A stretch of DNA of 64,000 nt. It comes from Octopus sinensis. Lineage: Eukaryota. Location: NCBI RefSeq assembly GCF_006345805.1, contig NC_042998.1, forward strand, positions 161,200,001-161,264,000. The letters run 5' to 3'. Under the pieces are notes generated by a model that saw nothing but the letters and a program-made list of their open reading frames with translations, was not told the DNA's origin and searched no databases. This document shows positions 49,126 to 63,496 of the stretch, piece by piece. The position numbers and the translations under genes were made by a program. Positions within the stretch are counted from its first letter, which is position 1. Each line of letters begins with the position of its first letter.

Positions 49126-49290
49126 TGTTGTACTTATTTCAGTTGCTGTCTACCAAATTCACTCACAAGACTTTGGTCAGCCTGTGGCTATAGTAGGAGA
49201 CATTTGCCCAAGGTGCCACACAGTGGGACTGAATCTGCAACCTTGTTCTTGGGAAACAAACTTCTTATCACATAGCCACACCTGCAACTA
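48870..49290 (-). mobile_element. SINE family A, full length with central (CA)n
   Basis: Reverse complement of family A. Confidence 0.8.
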
Positions 49291-49352
49291 TATACACTAT
49301 TTGTAGATGATTTGTAAACTATTTTAAGTTTTTAATATTTTAATGTCATAGC

Positions 49353-49560
49353 AGTGGCGAGCTGGCAGATTCGTTAGCACATCAGGCAAAATACTTAGTG
49401 GCATTTCATCTATCATCATGCTCTGAGTTCAAATTATACCCAGGTTGACTTTGCTTTTCATCCTTTTGATGTCAATAAAATAAATACAAGTTGAACACTA
49501 GGGCTGTTGTAATCAACTTACCCTTTTAGTCTTATGTCAAAATTTGAAGCCAGTATTTTA
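49353..49560 (+). mobile_element. SINE family B
   Basis: ggcgagctggcagattcgttagcac...gagttcaaatt...gactttgcttttcatccttttgatgtcaataaa. Confidence 0.8.
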
Positions 49561-49689
49561 ATATCATGCCTTCTAAATGTAAATAGAAATTATGCTTGTT
49601 AGTATGTCATAAGAAAACCTGTTTTGCAATTATTTCCTTTCCCTTATTTATATCACACAACAGATGCCATGCTTAGTTACCCATATAGT

Positions 49690-50345
49690 TAACCAGGGCA
49701 TTGAAGAAGGTGTAATGCCCAGTGTCAGATGCATTGGAGAGAAGTAACAACAGGGATGTCATATTACTGGACCAAGTCATGAAAGTTACAGAAAAAGATG
49801 TAGCTTAACTAATCAAGAAGGGAATTAGTCTAGATGAGATGCATTTCAGGTTGTGCTTGGGAAGAGGACTACTAATTTTCTCTTTCTAATAAGACCAACT
49901 ACAGAAGCTTTTACCTAAAAGTAAAACATTGTACTATGCATTTACTGACATGGAGAAAGCTTTTGACAGGGACCCTTGCTCTGTAATCTAGTAGTCTCTG
50001 ACGAAGCTAGGAGTAGATGAATGACTTGTGAGATTCATGCAATCCATGTACAGGGGTGTTGTCAATCAGGTGAGACCACTGAGCACAGCACTGAATTTAG
50101 TGTACAGACAGGAGTTTGCCAGCACTTGCTTCTTAGTCTCCTCCCATTCCTCATAATCCTCATGGCTATGCAAAGGAATTTAAGACAGGTTGCCCTGCAT
50201 AAAAATACCCAGTGCACTCTGAAAAGTGGAACTATGTCAAAGCAGACATTGGAGCTTGACACAGTCCATTGGCTTGTCGGATCTTGTAAAACTGTTCAAT
50301 CCATGCCAACAAATATGAGAGACTGTAAATGATGATGATGATATG
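49690..50345 (+). mobile_element. RTE/BovB-like LINE relic: RT fragment joined to 3' tail
   Basis: DALERSNNRDVILLDQVMKVTEK...ISLDEMHF...YYAFTDMEKAFDR...KLGVDE*LVRFMQSMY...FSVQTGV, then tail and (GAT)n. Confidence 0.85.
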
Positions 50346-51553
50346 ATGAATTACAATGGCAACTCTTGCAGGTATAAGTAACTGACCACTTGAAATTCTT
50401 CAGTTTTCACTGATCTGTCAAGCTTTTGTGTCGTTAACAAGAACCTTCTTTATCTTTACAGACAAAAATAAAATAAATAATGAATGCAAGGGCATTTTTT
50501 TTCTCTAAAAAAAATGGTTATTTTAAAATTTATAGTTCCATGTTAATAAATATTAGATTATTCTTACAGCTATGAATATTATATAGTTGTTTTGTGCTTC
50601 AGTGAAATATTACTTATCTCTGATACATACTGATTAAACGGGAATAATATTTTAAACCAGTTAAGTAATATTCCCTAATTTGGTCAAGGAGATAAATGGA
50701 ATAACAATCATATATAGTAATACTCTATGCATTGTCCTTATAAGCTGTCAATATTGCAAATCCATAGACTCGGAGTGATAATCCAGACTATTTCTGGAAT
50801 AATTGTCAGTTTAATTGGCACTGTCCTTGCAGCTTATAGTCAAGTTTAAATAAAATATAAAGAAAAATTAGTAATACATCTTAATCCTGTTGCAAAACCA
50901 TCTTAAAATTTGTTTTACCTTCATCTAACATGAATAATCCACCCCACACAAAAAAAGACAAAACACTAAAAAGAAATACATATTAAAATGAATGCCTCTT
51001 AATACAGAATTAATACTTATTGCAACATCCTTGGAATAAATCCCCAGAGTTTGCATTGCTGCTGCAAGATCCAGTTCTTGTTGCAACATGGTTGTTGGTG
51101 TGTCTCCGTGACTTTGAGAGCTATACCTTCAGGGCACAAGCTCCAGGTAGGGCCTTCCACGTTAGATTGGTCAAAGGATAGATGCAGGCAAATATGGATG
51201 ACCTCTTCACAAAGATAAAAATGGGTTTGCATAAGGCCAACACCCATGTTTAGGAAAAAGCAAAGTTACAGCAGCATCAATGGCATCTAAAAATCAAGAA
51301 GACCTGGGAGAGGAAAAGACAGACCAGAGTTGAGGACAGTGGAGAAAAGTTGTTGATGATCAATGCTCCATAGGAAGGAAAAGCTTAAATAAAAGTTTTG
51401 CCTATTGAGTCTACCTAACCAGTCTTTAATACAGTCAAACCTTGGTTGTCCACACATCAATTATACATTTTTTATTTTTTTTCCAAACAAGACCTCAAAG
51501 TTCTGTAATGTTCAGTATACTTTCTTATCTCTATGACCTAATCAGTTCTCCAA

Positions 51554-51762
51554 AGATTACCTTCTGTCAAAAGTCATGCTTATTTATTCATATTGTTTAG
51601 AATTAATTATGTACTATCTTGTAGCTTTGCAGTTTTGATGAGGTAACTGTTAATTCTTAGAATGATATTGTAGAGTTGGTGTGAGAGGCCGGATCTGACC
51701 ATTTTGAACATGAAACAGGTAGAATATTTGGGCTGGATACAACTGGTTTAAATGCTAAAGAG
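51554..51762. mobile_element. piggyBac-type MITE, degraded
   Basis: Ends aaatgctaaagag followed by TTAA; homologous to 24376-24598. Confidence 0.7.
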
Positions 51763-53168
51763 TTAAGGTAATGATTGTCAGATCAAACAGTGGATTGTAT
51801 TCGTTGTGCAAAGCCTTTATTTCATGTTATTCTAGTCCACCCAAATGAAAAGGTATTTGTGTTAGCTGCAGAGCAGTATCTTGCAGAATTTTAGTTAAAA
51901 AATCTTGCAAGCATAAGATGTAAGCAGTTCTTGATGGCTAAGGTACTCTGGATGATGATTCCATATAACCAAACAGTATAATGGAATAAGTAGTGCTGTC
52001 CAAAAGGAGAATTAAAAAAGTTGGCTTAAAATGTTACCAGATCTATGGACATACCAAAGCTGTTTTAAGAACTAGGGGTAAACAACATCATCTACATGTT
52101 ACCTTAAAGTCTTATTCAATATTATTCTAATCTCTAATCTACAAACATAAGCTTTTTAAAATTATTAGAAATTCCTATACTTTCAGAGTATAAAGAAAAA
52201 TTTGAGAATGTCTCTGTGTTGTAAATATATATAATACTTGCAAACACACACATACACATGCACACTTGTGTGCGCACACACACACACACACATTTAATTC
52301 ATATGGATGAAAACATAAGATTATTTATAGTTATATACATAAATATATGTGAATGTGCATATAACATGGTTTAGGGAATAGTGATTTAATTGGATCTGTT
52401 TTACTAGTTGGTTTTAGAGTTGGAGCACCCATCTCAGAGAGAGATTTTATCTACTAATTGCACAGATAATCTCAGTTAACAGAAGTTTTTCAACTGACAA
52501 TTTTATATATATGACATCCTGCTATATACATATATGAAAGTTTTTTATACTAAATCCTAATTTTGATTCAATATATTTTCCTCAATTTAATTTTTTTTTG
52601 TTTTAATTTCCATCTTTCCTCTGCTAAGAGCATAAACAAAAACAAGAAATCCTTGATTTTTAAAACTATTTAATTATTATTATATTTAGTCAGGTTATTT
52701 CCTACCACACTCCAAAAGAAATTCTGAAGTATTTCATATTAAGCCATTACTGTACACAGAGATGTCAGCAGGCTGATCAATTAAGGAGTGAGTTTTAACA
52801 GTTGAGAAAGTTAACAATTCTACGTGATGGCAACATACGATGAAGAAGTTGGTAACTGTAATAGCAACCTCAGATCATTGCCTGAGGTGACAAACAGCAG
52901 CACTTACATGACCTTTCAGTAAGCAATGCCTTTAACTGACATCATGAACAGTAAAAACGTTTGGGGATTTTCTGAATTCCATATATGTGTGTGTGTGTGG
53001 TGTGTGTGTGTGTATACACACACACATTACACATACATGCATATACATATATGTATGTATATATACATACATGTATGTATATATACATATACATATATAT
53101 ATATGTATATATACATTGTATATATATATATACATATATATATGTATATGATGTATATGTATGTATGT

Positions 53169-53264
<96 letters not shown>

Positions 53265-55129
53265 GTATATACATGTACACACACATACATACATACACAT
53301 GCACACATATATCTATATCTATCTATATCTATCTATTTATACACACACACACATGCATGTACACACACACACACACACACACTTGACTACATATTTTTGT
53401 TCACAAATAATGATATCTTAACTTGGTTCATTCTTGGGCAATATTTCTGGGAGTTATGACACATGGCACAAGAGAAAAATATTTTCCTTAAAGATATTCG
53501 GAGAAGAATATTGGCTTGAAAATATTTTAAAATGTATTAATTGAAACAATTATAATATACCTTTTTACAACCGTACCAAAACCATCTTTCAGCATATTAA
53601 TGAATAATCCAGGAATTTGTCTATTTGATTTGATGTTCAAGTTATGTAATGTCAATATAATAAAAATAATATGAATTCCTGTATAGTTTTAACTATTTTA
53701 TGGATTTCATTAATAGGATTCTGTAATGAAGTAACAAAATTGTTAAAAATGTCTCCTAAGATCATTGATCCAAACCTGAAAGCTACTCAGTTTCTGCAGA
53801 TGAATTTTCTGAGCAGATACAGTATTTATTCATCATTCTAGTAGCTGCCTTCATTCATTACACTTCCAAAAGCACAGAGAATTTACAGGGTATTAGCATC
53901 TTTTTCTGCACCATTGCCAACTTCTTTGTTAGCAATGAGCTCTGTTAGTTTTTTTCCAGGGATTATCTGGAAGACTTCTGTTTGTAAGTTTGTTATACAC
54001 GTGCAGCTAATAATATCTATGCTGCATATGCTGTTTATGAATTGCACAGCAAATGTCAAATATTTATTTGGTGGTTTCCATGGGTATTCTTGACTACAAT
54101 TTGTATTAGCCGAATTCTAATCTATCAGTAGATATAATGTAAAAGAAAGAAACTGAGAGTTCTTTATGGACTGTGGATAGCTAGTTGCCTTCATTTACCA
54201 TTATTAGGGATAGACACCCTGAGTGTGAGAGACTGATGGCATTTGGACTTGTAATTGTTGTCAGCAAAAAGAATGTGAAAATAGTTATGATAATGAGTAT
54301 CTCATCATTATTCCATGAGAATTTCATCATTATTCCATGTTAATATTTATAATATCACAATATGTCCCGCAAACAAAAAAATGCAATCCTTTACTACAAA
54401 ATAATGCATTTACTGAATCTTTAATAAAACAAACGGAAAAAGCTGCTGACCTTACCCAAAATCTCAACACTATGCTTTGAGAAGAGTTAATTCACAGTAT
54501 CTTAAAATATGGCAAATACATTAGCATCAACAAGGGGATCCTGTCATAAAGCACTAGTTTTAATTATTTATGAAAATTCTTTTATTTGCAAACCTGTCCA
54601 ACTCCTGCATATATAAATTGTATTTCAAAATTATCAGAGATGAAATTTGGTTGTTGATAACTGATGAATAATGCTTAATACTACTATAATTCTGTTTAAA
54701 ATCATGAAGTTTTCTTGTGACAAATTTAGGTGCGTGTTTAATCCAAATAACTGATTCATTAATGAATAATCAAATATAATGAATAATCAAATATAATGTT
54801 TTATTGAAATAAATAAATTTCACAGCATTAAAAAGTTAAGGTGATAAATAAAGACAGCCTCTCTAAGGTAATCTAGATAATATGTTAAGTAAATCATAAC
54901 TGCAGCAAAGTTGTACAAAATATAGTATGATATTTCATATTGACAAAACTGCATTCCAAATATTTAGTTTTCTTTCCAAAGCAAAAAAATACTTCAGCAT
55001 TGAGCAGCTGAAGATACATTCAAACACTGCTCTGTTATACAGAACTGAGGGTGGTGTTACTGCAACACAGAAGTGTTCTAAACTTCATTAAAAACAAAAA
55101 GAAGGTTGTCAAAAACTTGCTAACATATT

Positions 55130-55325
55130 GATTTGAAATTTTGGCAAAAGGCCAGCAATTCTGAGAGATGGGTTAATTTGATTACATCGACCCCAGTACT
55201 CAGCTGGTACTTATTTTATCGATCCTGAAAGGATGACAGGCAGAGTTGGCCTTGGTAGAATTAGAACTCAGAATGTGAAGATGGACAAAATGCCACTGAG
55301 CTTGGTGCGCTAACAATTCTGCCTG
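55130..55325 (-). mobile_element. SINE family B
   Basis: attacatcgaccccagtactcagctggtacttattttatcgatcctgaaaggatga. Confidence 0.8.
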
Positions 55326-55739
55326 TTGGTCACCTTTAAAGCTCACTAACATATTAAAGCCACAAAGTAACTAATATATGACAACCACTGAATTAATAAC
55401 ATACTACAAACACAAGTTTACTAACATACTAAAACTATGGGTTAACTAGTATAATACAGCCATATATGCATAAGCTACAAACACATCTACAGGCTAAGAT
55501 GTTACAAACTTTGATCAATCATTTTCTTTACAACTGCAGCCTTCTGAAATTTTCTTTCTGTTCATATTTGTCCTGCAGATATTGTATTATTCTCACTTAT
55601 TTGCCTAGGCCTACAATATGATCACTTTTCTTCAGAGATTCAGTTTTATGAATTTATATGTCAAAATTGAAATTATTGTTAATAATTCCAAAGCAATTAA
55701 TTAATATTCAAATTCGACCTTTTGTTATAAACAGGTGTA

Positions 55740-56641
55740 TGACAAGGTACCCAAAAGTAACCAGAAACGTTCTCTGTGGTACAAGACCGTTGTAGTTCAG
55801 ATTTCTGCCAGTAGAATCTACTTGATGCGACCCTCAGGCATCAGTCAGCCAACTGGCAGCATTGAGTGAAGTCATACTGCCATGTAGTGCATCTTTGTTT
55901 TATAGTGCTTCTCTCCTGTTTGTTTTTTTGTTTTTTTGTAATGGCTGAAACAAAGGAACAGTGTGCTTCCATGAAATTCTGTTTACTGCTGGGGAAAACG
56001 GCAGCTAAGACAGTTGCTATGCTTCAAGTAGCTTACAATGACGTCACCACAAGCAAAATACAAGTTTACAAGTGATTTTCACACTTTAGGAATAGTTACT
56101 TGTCACTTGAAGTCCAACCTCATTCAGGGTGACTGTTGACCTCCTGAATGAATGAAAGCATCATGAAAATTCATGAACTGATCTTGGAGGACTGTCGCTG
56201 AACAACTGATGAACTTGTTGATATGATTAGTGTGTTTAGGAACTCCTGCCAACGAATTATGAGTGAGGAATTGTGAATGAAAAGAATTGCAGCAAAATTT
56301 GTGCCTTGCTTGCTCATAGAAATCAAAAGCTGAATGCATGTCATGAACTGAAAGAACAGTTGGAAGTTGATCCAGACCTTTTTCTAAAGGTCATCACTGG
56401 TGATGAAAGTTGGTGCTATGGAATTTGCAGATGTGGAATAGGTGATGAAAAAACCAACAGAGGCATTAAAAGGTATTACTTTGCAAGAGTTCCAGGATTG
56501 CTTCAAACAGTGGAAAATGTGTCTGGACCAATGCAGTGCTTCAAATGAAGAATACTTTGAAGGTAGTAAAAGTGTAAAGATGTAAAACTAAGTAAATGAA
56601 CTAATATTGCAAAATTCTAGTTTCTTTTGGGTACTCCCTCG
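55740..56641 (+). mobile_element. mariner element, internally deleted and inactivated
   Basis: TIRs match 22/29 including the TA flanks. Reads MAETKEQCASMKFCLLLGKTAAKTVAML...MKRIAAKFVP...KVITGDESWCYG, then jumps to the C-terminal FQDCFKQWK...EYFEG. Confidence 0.9.
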
Positions 56642-56704
56642 TATTTGCCTTTCTATTATCTTTATTTCTCAAGCAATAACAATATCTCTTACTTTGAGAA
56701 GTTG

Positions 56705-56920
56705 TTAAGGCAGTGAGCTGGCATAATCATGAGCATGCCAGACCAAATGCTTAACCATATTTTGTCTATTTTTACCTTCTGAATCGAAATTCTGTTGAAG
56801 CTGACTTTGTCTTTCATCCTTGTTGATAAAATAAGTACATGTTGAGCACTGGGGTTGATGTAATTGATTTACACCCTCCCACAAAATAACTGGCCTTGTG
56901 CCAAAATTTGAAACCATTAT
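56705..56920 (+). mobile_element. SINE family B
   Basis: aggcagtgagctggcataatc...gactttgtctttcatcc...gcactggggttgatgtaattga. Confidence 0.75.
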
Positions 56921-57403
56921 GAGAAGTTGTCATTGTCCAACTCTAGAACAACACTCTTTAAGCAAACATATTATAAAGGCACTCCAGCCTTGACTATCCC
57001 ATCATATTTTCAAGCAACAAGTTCAGTTCTACATTACCAAAAGTGTCCTGCATTTTTGTAGGTTGGATTTTTTTGTAGTAACAAGAATACTTGTCACCAC
57101 ACTAGTGTATTTTTGTTAAGTTACTTATTGATGATAAACAAAATAAATTTGATAAATTTATCTAAATATTAGTAGTATTATTGGCTATTTCTATCAATTT
57201 TTTTTCATATTTACAATATCAATGGTTTCTGTGGTGCCATAACAGAAACTCAAACCTCCTTCCTTCTCTAATTAATTAAACAAGCCCAAAACATTGAGAA
57301 ACACATTTATTTTTATGTGTGTGCATGTGTTTATACATGTGTGTGTGTATCTATCTATTTATATATATATATATACATATACACATACATATATATGTAT
57401 GTG

Positions 57404-57437
<34 letters not shown>

Positions 57438-58566
57438 TGTATGTATGTATGTATGTATGTATGTATGTATGTATGTATGCATGTATGTATGTATGTGTAT
57501 GTATGTGTGTATGTATGTATTTATGTATGTATGTGTATATACGTACATATGTATAGATCAACAGTGTCACCTTTTACCTAAACATCAAAACTTTTTTATA
57601 TGTTGCAGTCTTATCAACTTTACAATCAAGTTTTCTTTGTATGTTTAACCTGTTGTTTTCTATCCACAGCAGTATTACCTTGTAATGGTTCTTCTTCACT
57701 ATCCACGGTTCACAGACAGACAACCTCATATTTCTAATGAAGAAATTATACATTTAATGGAAAGAGAAGCTCTTTGTTAACTGAAAAATTCCCTCAGTTT
57801 CTTCCAATCACGTGTATTCTTCTGATGTCATATTAAAGAATGTTAAGGCTTCACCCCAACACTCTTTAGGTCACCTAGGTAACAAAACTTGTCTACATTT
57901 TTCAGTGAAATATTCCAGTAGTTTATAACATTTAGATTTAAATGAATAAATAAATTACTTTGAATATCTATGTTGCTTTATTATATGTGTATATATTAGA
58001 ATTTAATACAATAAAACTTTTTGTATAATAAATTTTTCAGCTTTTCTTCTACATAGATAAATTCAGATTTAAAATGTTCACCTTTTGTTAATGTTGCATT
58101 CATTTCAATGGAAATTTTCACATCTGAAAACATTAGAATTTTACACATCTTCTAGTTTTGGCCTCATTTGTGAAGCAATGTTTGGTACAGAACCTATTTG
58201 GTTAAAAGTTAACACGTTATTATTTAGGTTCAGTTTGTGCATCAGACTAAGTAAATTGGTTATTTCACTTCTTTACAAGAAATTTTATTGACATTATGAA
58301 ACAATAACTGAACAAAAGGCTGAATATCTTCCAAGCATGTAATTTATTTGGGTATTTTGCAAAAGGTTGTTTTTTTCCTATTGAAATTATTCTTTGATAG
58401 TGTAACTTTTTTTTGGTTACTGATAGCATTCATGTTGTAGTAATACAGAAAATAGGGAGAAAATATAGATTGAGGATCTAATGGCAGGGAAAGTAATATT
58501 CAAAGCCATTTCGTAGGTCTAGGCTGGATTTTAAATTTTGATGAGTGTTGAAATAAATGAAACTGA

Positions 58567-58621
<55 letters not shown>

Positions 58622-58656
58622 TTAACAACAACAACAACAACAATAATAATAATAAA

Positions 58657-59875
58657 ATTGATTGGATGGAATAAAATCCAAGCAGTTGATACATAGGTGA
58701 TAGCATCACTTTGTTATGGAGTGGGAATTATAAAATGGCAAAAGAGAAAAGTGAAGAAAATGGATAATAAGACCAGAAAAATGTTGAGAGTACATAGAGC
58801 CTTCCACCCTATGAGTGACACCAATAGGCTGTACTTGTCCACAAGAAAGTGCGGGAGAGGTTTGATCAGTTGCCAGGACTGAAAAAGGCAGAGGAAAATA
58901 GCCTAGAGTGGTATATAAAAAATGCCAGGGAGCCACTGTTTAAACACATGAAGATGGCTGGTGTCATCAAAACTGAAAATTGTGTAATGAAAGAAAAATT
59001 TAAACAAGAAATGAACAAAAAAAAACAAGAAAGAAAAAGCATGGAAGGAGAAGAAAATGTATGGTCAGTTTGCAAGAGATGTGAACACCAAGACAGATAC
59101 AGAGGACCAGTGGCAATGGATGAGGCAGAGTGACCTGAAGATAGAGACAGAAGCACTCATATGTGCAGCTAAAGAACAAGCATTAAGGACCAACAATATG
59201 AAGTGCAGAATAGACAACACTACTGATAATGACAAATGCAGAATGTGTAGTGAGAGAGGCAAAACAGTATGGCACATAGTGAATCCTTGAAAATGGCACA
59301 ACACGAATGCAAAAGACACCATGACAATGTAGTAAGAATGATGCATTGGGAGCTCTGTGGAAATCATGGCCTACAAAGAGCAAAGACATGGTATGAGCAA
59401 ATTCCAGAAGGAGTCACTGAAAAGGAGAACTGCATAATCCTGTGGGATGCAATGACCTAGTGTAATCAACTGACCAGACATTGTTGTGGTGATTAAAAAA
59501 GAAAGAACATGTATGATAATCGACATAGCATGCCCTGGTAACAACAGGCTCAAAGTGAAAGAAGAAGAAAAATAAACAGCTATGATGATTTGAGGAGGAA
59601 AATACGAAGATTGTGGTCAATGATGTGGGTAGACATGATACCAATAGTATTTGTTGCACTTGGAAGTATCAGCACTCAACTACCAACATGACTGAAAAAG
59701 TTTGGTGCAAGTGTGAAGGTAGAACACCTATAAAATTCAACGTTGCTTGGAACTACAAGAATTCTTTGCAGGGTTCTTGAAGCATGACCAATAAACAAGT
59801 GTCACATTAGTCTGTTGGCTGTGGACAGCTGACACTTTCCATCATACCTAACAAAATAAGCTGTGAGTTTTCATA
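58657..59875 (+). mobile_element. R4/Dong-clade non-LTR retrotransposon, 5'-truncated and degraded, within (TAA)n
   Basis: RLYLSTRKCGRGL, WMRQSDLKIETEALICAAKEQALRT, CRMC..HI, RHHDNV..HWELC, PDIVVVIKKERTCMIIDIACP (REL endonuclease) and LGTTRILCRVLEA*; (TAA)n on both sides. Confidence 0.9.
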
Positions 59876-59925
59876 TAATAATAATAATAATAATAATAAT
59901 GATGATAATAATAATAATAATAATG

Positions 59926-59990
<65 letters not shown>

Positions 59991-60015
59991 AATAATGATA
60001 ATAATAATAGTAATA

Positions 60016-60610
60016 AATGCCCTGATGCAGTACCAGGCACTGAATCTCATAGCTTCTGAATAATCAGAAGCACTAATTGGAAGTGTTATCATCTACATTG
60101 TTTTGCCTTGGTGTAAAAGATGGGCTACAGCAAGTATTCTGCTCAATACCACAGATTTGCTTGTCAGTTGTTTGACTTTAACCAGTTGAGCGTGTCCCTT
60201 GGTGGCTGACGATATGTGCATCTCTGATCACAAACAGAAATAGTGGAGAAGCATCATAGCCATGTGTTGAGAGGAATTCTCTGTGGTTTGAATAATTCAC
60301 CGCTGGAAACATGGTTGTTTTGTATATCATCCTTAAACAACCCTCATTCAGGGACATTTTGAGCAGGATGGGCTACTCAACCTGAAGAAAATTCTAACTG
60401 GACCCCACCTGCAAGGTCATGCACTGTTTATCTTGATATGAAATCACCGTGTTGCGTATATATGGTTGTGATGCATGTACCTGGTGTACCCTTATCAGAT
60501 GAGTAGTCATGATAAGTAGTCATGGTGTACCCTTATCAGATGAGTAGTCATGGGCTTTGTATATTTTACCCCAGTGTCACTTTGATGGCATGTTCTACTC
60601 TCTCACTCAA
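60016..60610. mobile_element. Unclassified ~590-bp interspersed repeat (second copy)
   Basis: Collinear with 19255-19800, with an internal ~30-bp duplication near 60482-60552. Confidence 0.8.
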
Positions 60611-60645
60611 TGATGATGATGTTGATGATGATGATGATGATGATA

Positions 60646-60689
<44 letters not shown>

Positions 60690-63415
60690 AATAATAATAA
60701 TACTATTTTCACGATGATATAAGAATGTTCTAGAATGAAATAATGTTATGAATAAAGAAATTTAATTATCACTTAAGTCGAAACTCAAAACATAGAACTC
60801 AATCTAGTAGTTAAGCTTTTGTTGGAAGATTCTATTTAGTACAGCAAAAGGTTCCTCTCATAAACAAGGTATAAGAATGGCTTGGAAAAGGTGAGTATTG
60901 ACAGAAAAAAAAAACAAAGTAGCAATGTCTTTGATAATAGGAAAATTTATTTTTGTATCAAGGTGCAGTAATCATAAAATGAGGAATGAAAATTGAAATC
61001 TTGCACTTAAAAAGTATAGAAAATTTTAACAAGAAAAGCAAATATTTGTTTCATTTTATCAATTGCTGAATTTATTACAGAATTAGTAAGAATGAAAATT
61101 TGATCCTAGAGTGTGAGTGCTGTAAATTGATTTTAATTTTCTTTAGTTAGAAAAGGATGAATGTCATGATGTTTCATTTCCAAGTCTCTCAAAATAAAGG
61201 AACATTCAACAAAGAACAATATAGGAATTAGCGTATACTTTCTAATAAATATCTATTTTCTTAAGACCATCAATTTAGCCTGGCTAAATATTTGATGTTT
61301 TGATATTAAACATTTGATGATATAAATTCATTTAGTTATTTTGCTATCTTCTTATTTTAATTACTATTTTCATTATTAATATCTTATTTGTAAAAAAACA
61401 AAACAAAACAATTATATATTTGTATATATATACATGTACATATATATACATATATATACACACACATACATATATACATACATACATACATACATACATA
61501 CATACATACATACATACATACATACATACATACATACATAAAAGAACCCCCTAAAAGATAACCAAGAGAAAGCTTTTAACTCCAATTGAAGGTAGATACA
61601 ACATCATTAATACCATAAAATGTCGTTAGAGAGGAAAAATTGAAGGAATTCTTTGTTCCGTCCCTGATGTAACAATTTTCTATGTGAGACTGGAGAAGTG
61701 AGGTATGACAAGATGGATACATGTATGAAAAGAATTGACAAGAAATGTCATCACCGAGGAAAGTTTTTTTCTTTTGGCTAACGTTTACATTTTTTACATT
61801 TTTAATGTTTTTTTGTTTTGTTTTAGTTTGCCTTCTCTTAGGGTAATATCTGAAAAGAAAGTGGAAAGCATTTTCTTTAATCTTTTTAAACCTCGTTTTC
61901 TCTTTGTGCTCGTGGTTTTGTGCATAAAAAAATGAAAAAAAATGCTGACTGTTCTGATGTACATTGGATGAAAATCAATCTACTAAGAAAGCCTTTTGAA
62001 AATACAATCAACATTAACTTTGGCAATTGACCTCACAGCCAGAACAAGGGAGAAAGACTACCACTATCCAAATGCAAACTGTTGTTCTTAGTTGTTATAG
62101 TCTAGTTTATTTATGAAAATTTTATTGTTTTCTTGTTTCCCCCATTCATGATAGATGATTTTTAAGAACAGGCAGATCCATGCATTTTTTTTTATCTGCT
62201 AGAAGAGCAAAGCAATCATACTTTTTTTTTAATCTTATCTGTTGATGTACAATATTCTATTTATTTCTTTTTGGAAACTCTTTTCGAAGTTTTTAATATT
62301 TTTTTTATCTGTATTATTTAATATATATTTTGTCTATTCACTTCTTCTATTTGGAAAGAATTTCCCTCATGTTCAAAACTTGCCCAACCTTAGTCTAATG
62401 CTTACCCTATTGATATCAATGCTTGCGTTGTTATTAATGAGATTTATTTCATTTTTCTACTTTTTATATGATGAACTAAGTATAGTTGATATCTGTCAAA
62501 TCTCTGTTACTTTTACAAAAATGTTATATTTAATCTCATCTTTTGCTTTATGTCACATTATCTATCATGTGGTTAGCTTTATGTAGATTTTCATACTTCA
62601 TATTCACAAGCATGCAGAATCTACTCTTAAGTGATCAGTTTTTCTCTTCATATGAAGTCTAAACACCTTATAGTTTTGGAAAGCTATTAGTCTGCTTATA
62701 GTAGTTTTTATTCTGCTGTTCATTTATTTTGTTCCATTCTGTTTTTCAGTTTATGATTTATCATTACGAAATCAGATAAATTAATGTCTTTCAAATTAAT
62801 ACCATCAAATTAAAACCTTTTTGATAATAATTTGAAGATTTTTTTCATTTGTGCAAATAACTGTCTTTGGACATTTGTATCATTTCTATATTTAATTTTT
62901 TTTTTGTTTAACTTAGTTCTAAGAAACTAAATTTTTTATAACATTTCAAACAATAAAATAATAAATATTGGCTTTTATTAATTTTCAATGAGATTTCTGA
63001 TTTATAAAGCAAATTATATTGCAGTAGAAATAAAGAGGTCATTTCAAACAACAAGAATTTACAAAATTTATATCTTAATTTATTGTCAAATTAGAATAAA
63101 GAATACAGAGAAGGAAACCTACACATAAGGAAACCGAGGTCTATTAAACATTTAAAAAAAATTCTCAGATTCAGTGGACAGTTAATTATGTTTTGGTCTG
63201 TTAGCAAAATCAGAAAACCTTATGCAGTGTTGTGCATTATATGTTTATGTTCAAAAGTTTAAATGCTAAAAAGTTGGATGTTTATTTTTTTAACATGGGA
63301 CTATACACGTGTGATTTATACGAACGCGCCATCCATAAATCCAGTATGTTGTTCTCTTACCTGTCTTCGTCTTTTGTTTTCTGTAAATGTGAACTATATA
63401 TATATACATAAGTTA

Positions 63416-63453
<38 letters not shown>

Positions 63454-63464
63454 CACCCTCCCAC

Positions 63465-63496
<32 letters not shown>

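Noticed and set aside
51010-51380. Possible LINE 3' end relic
   Set aside because: The resemblance is too weak to support a call.
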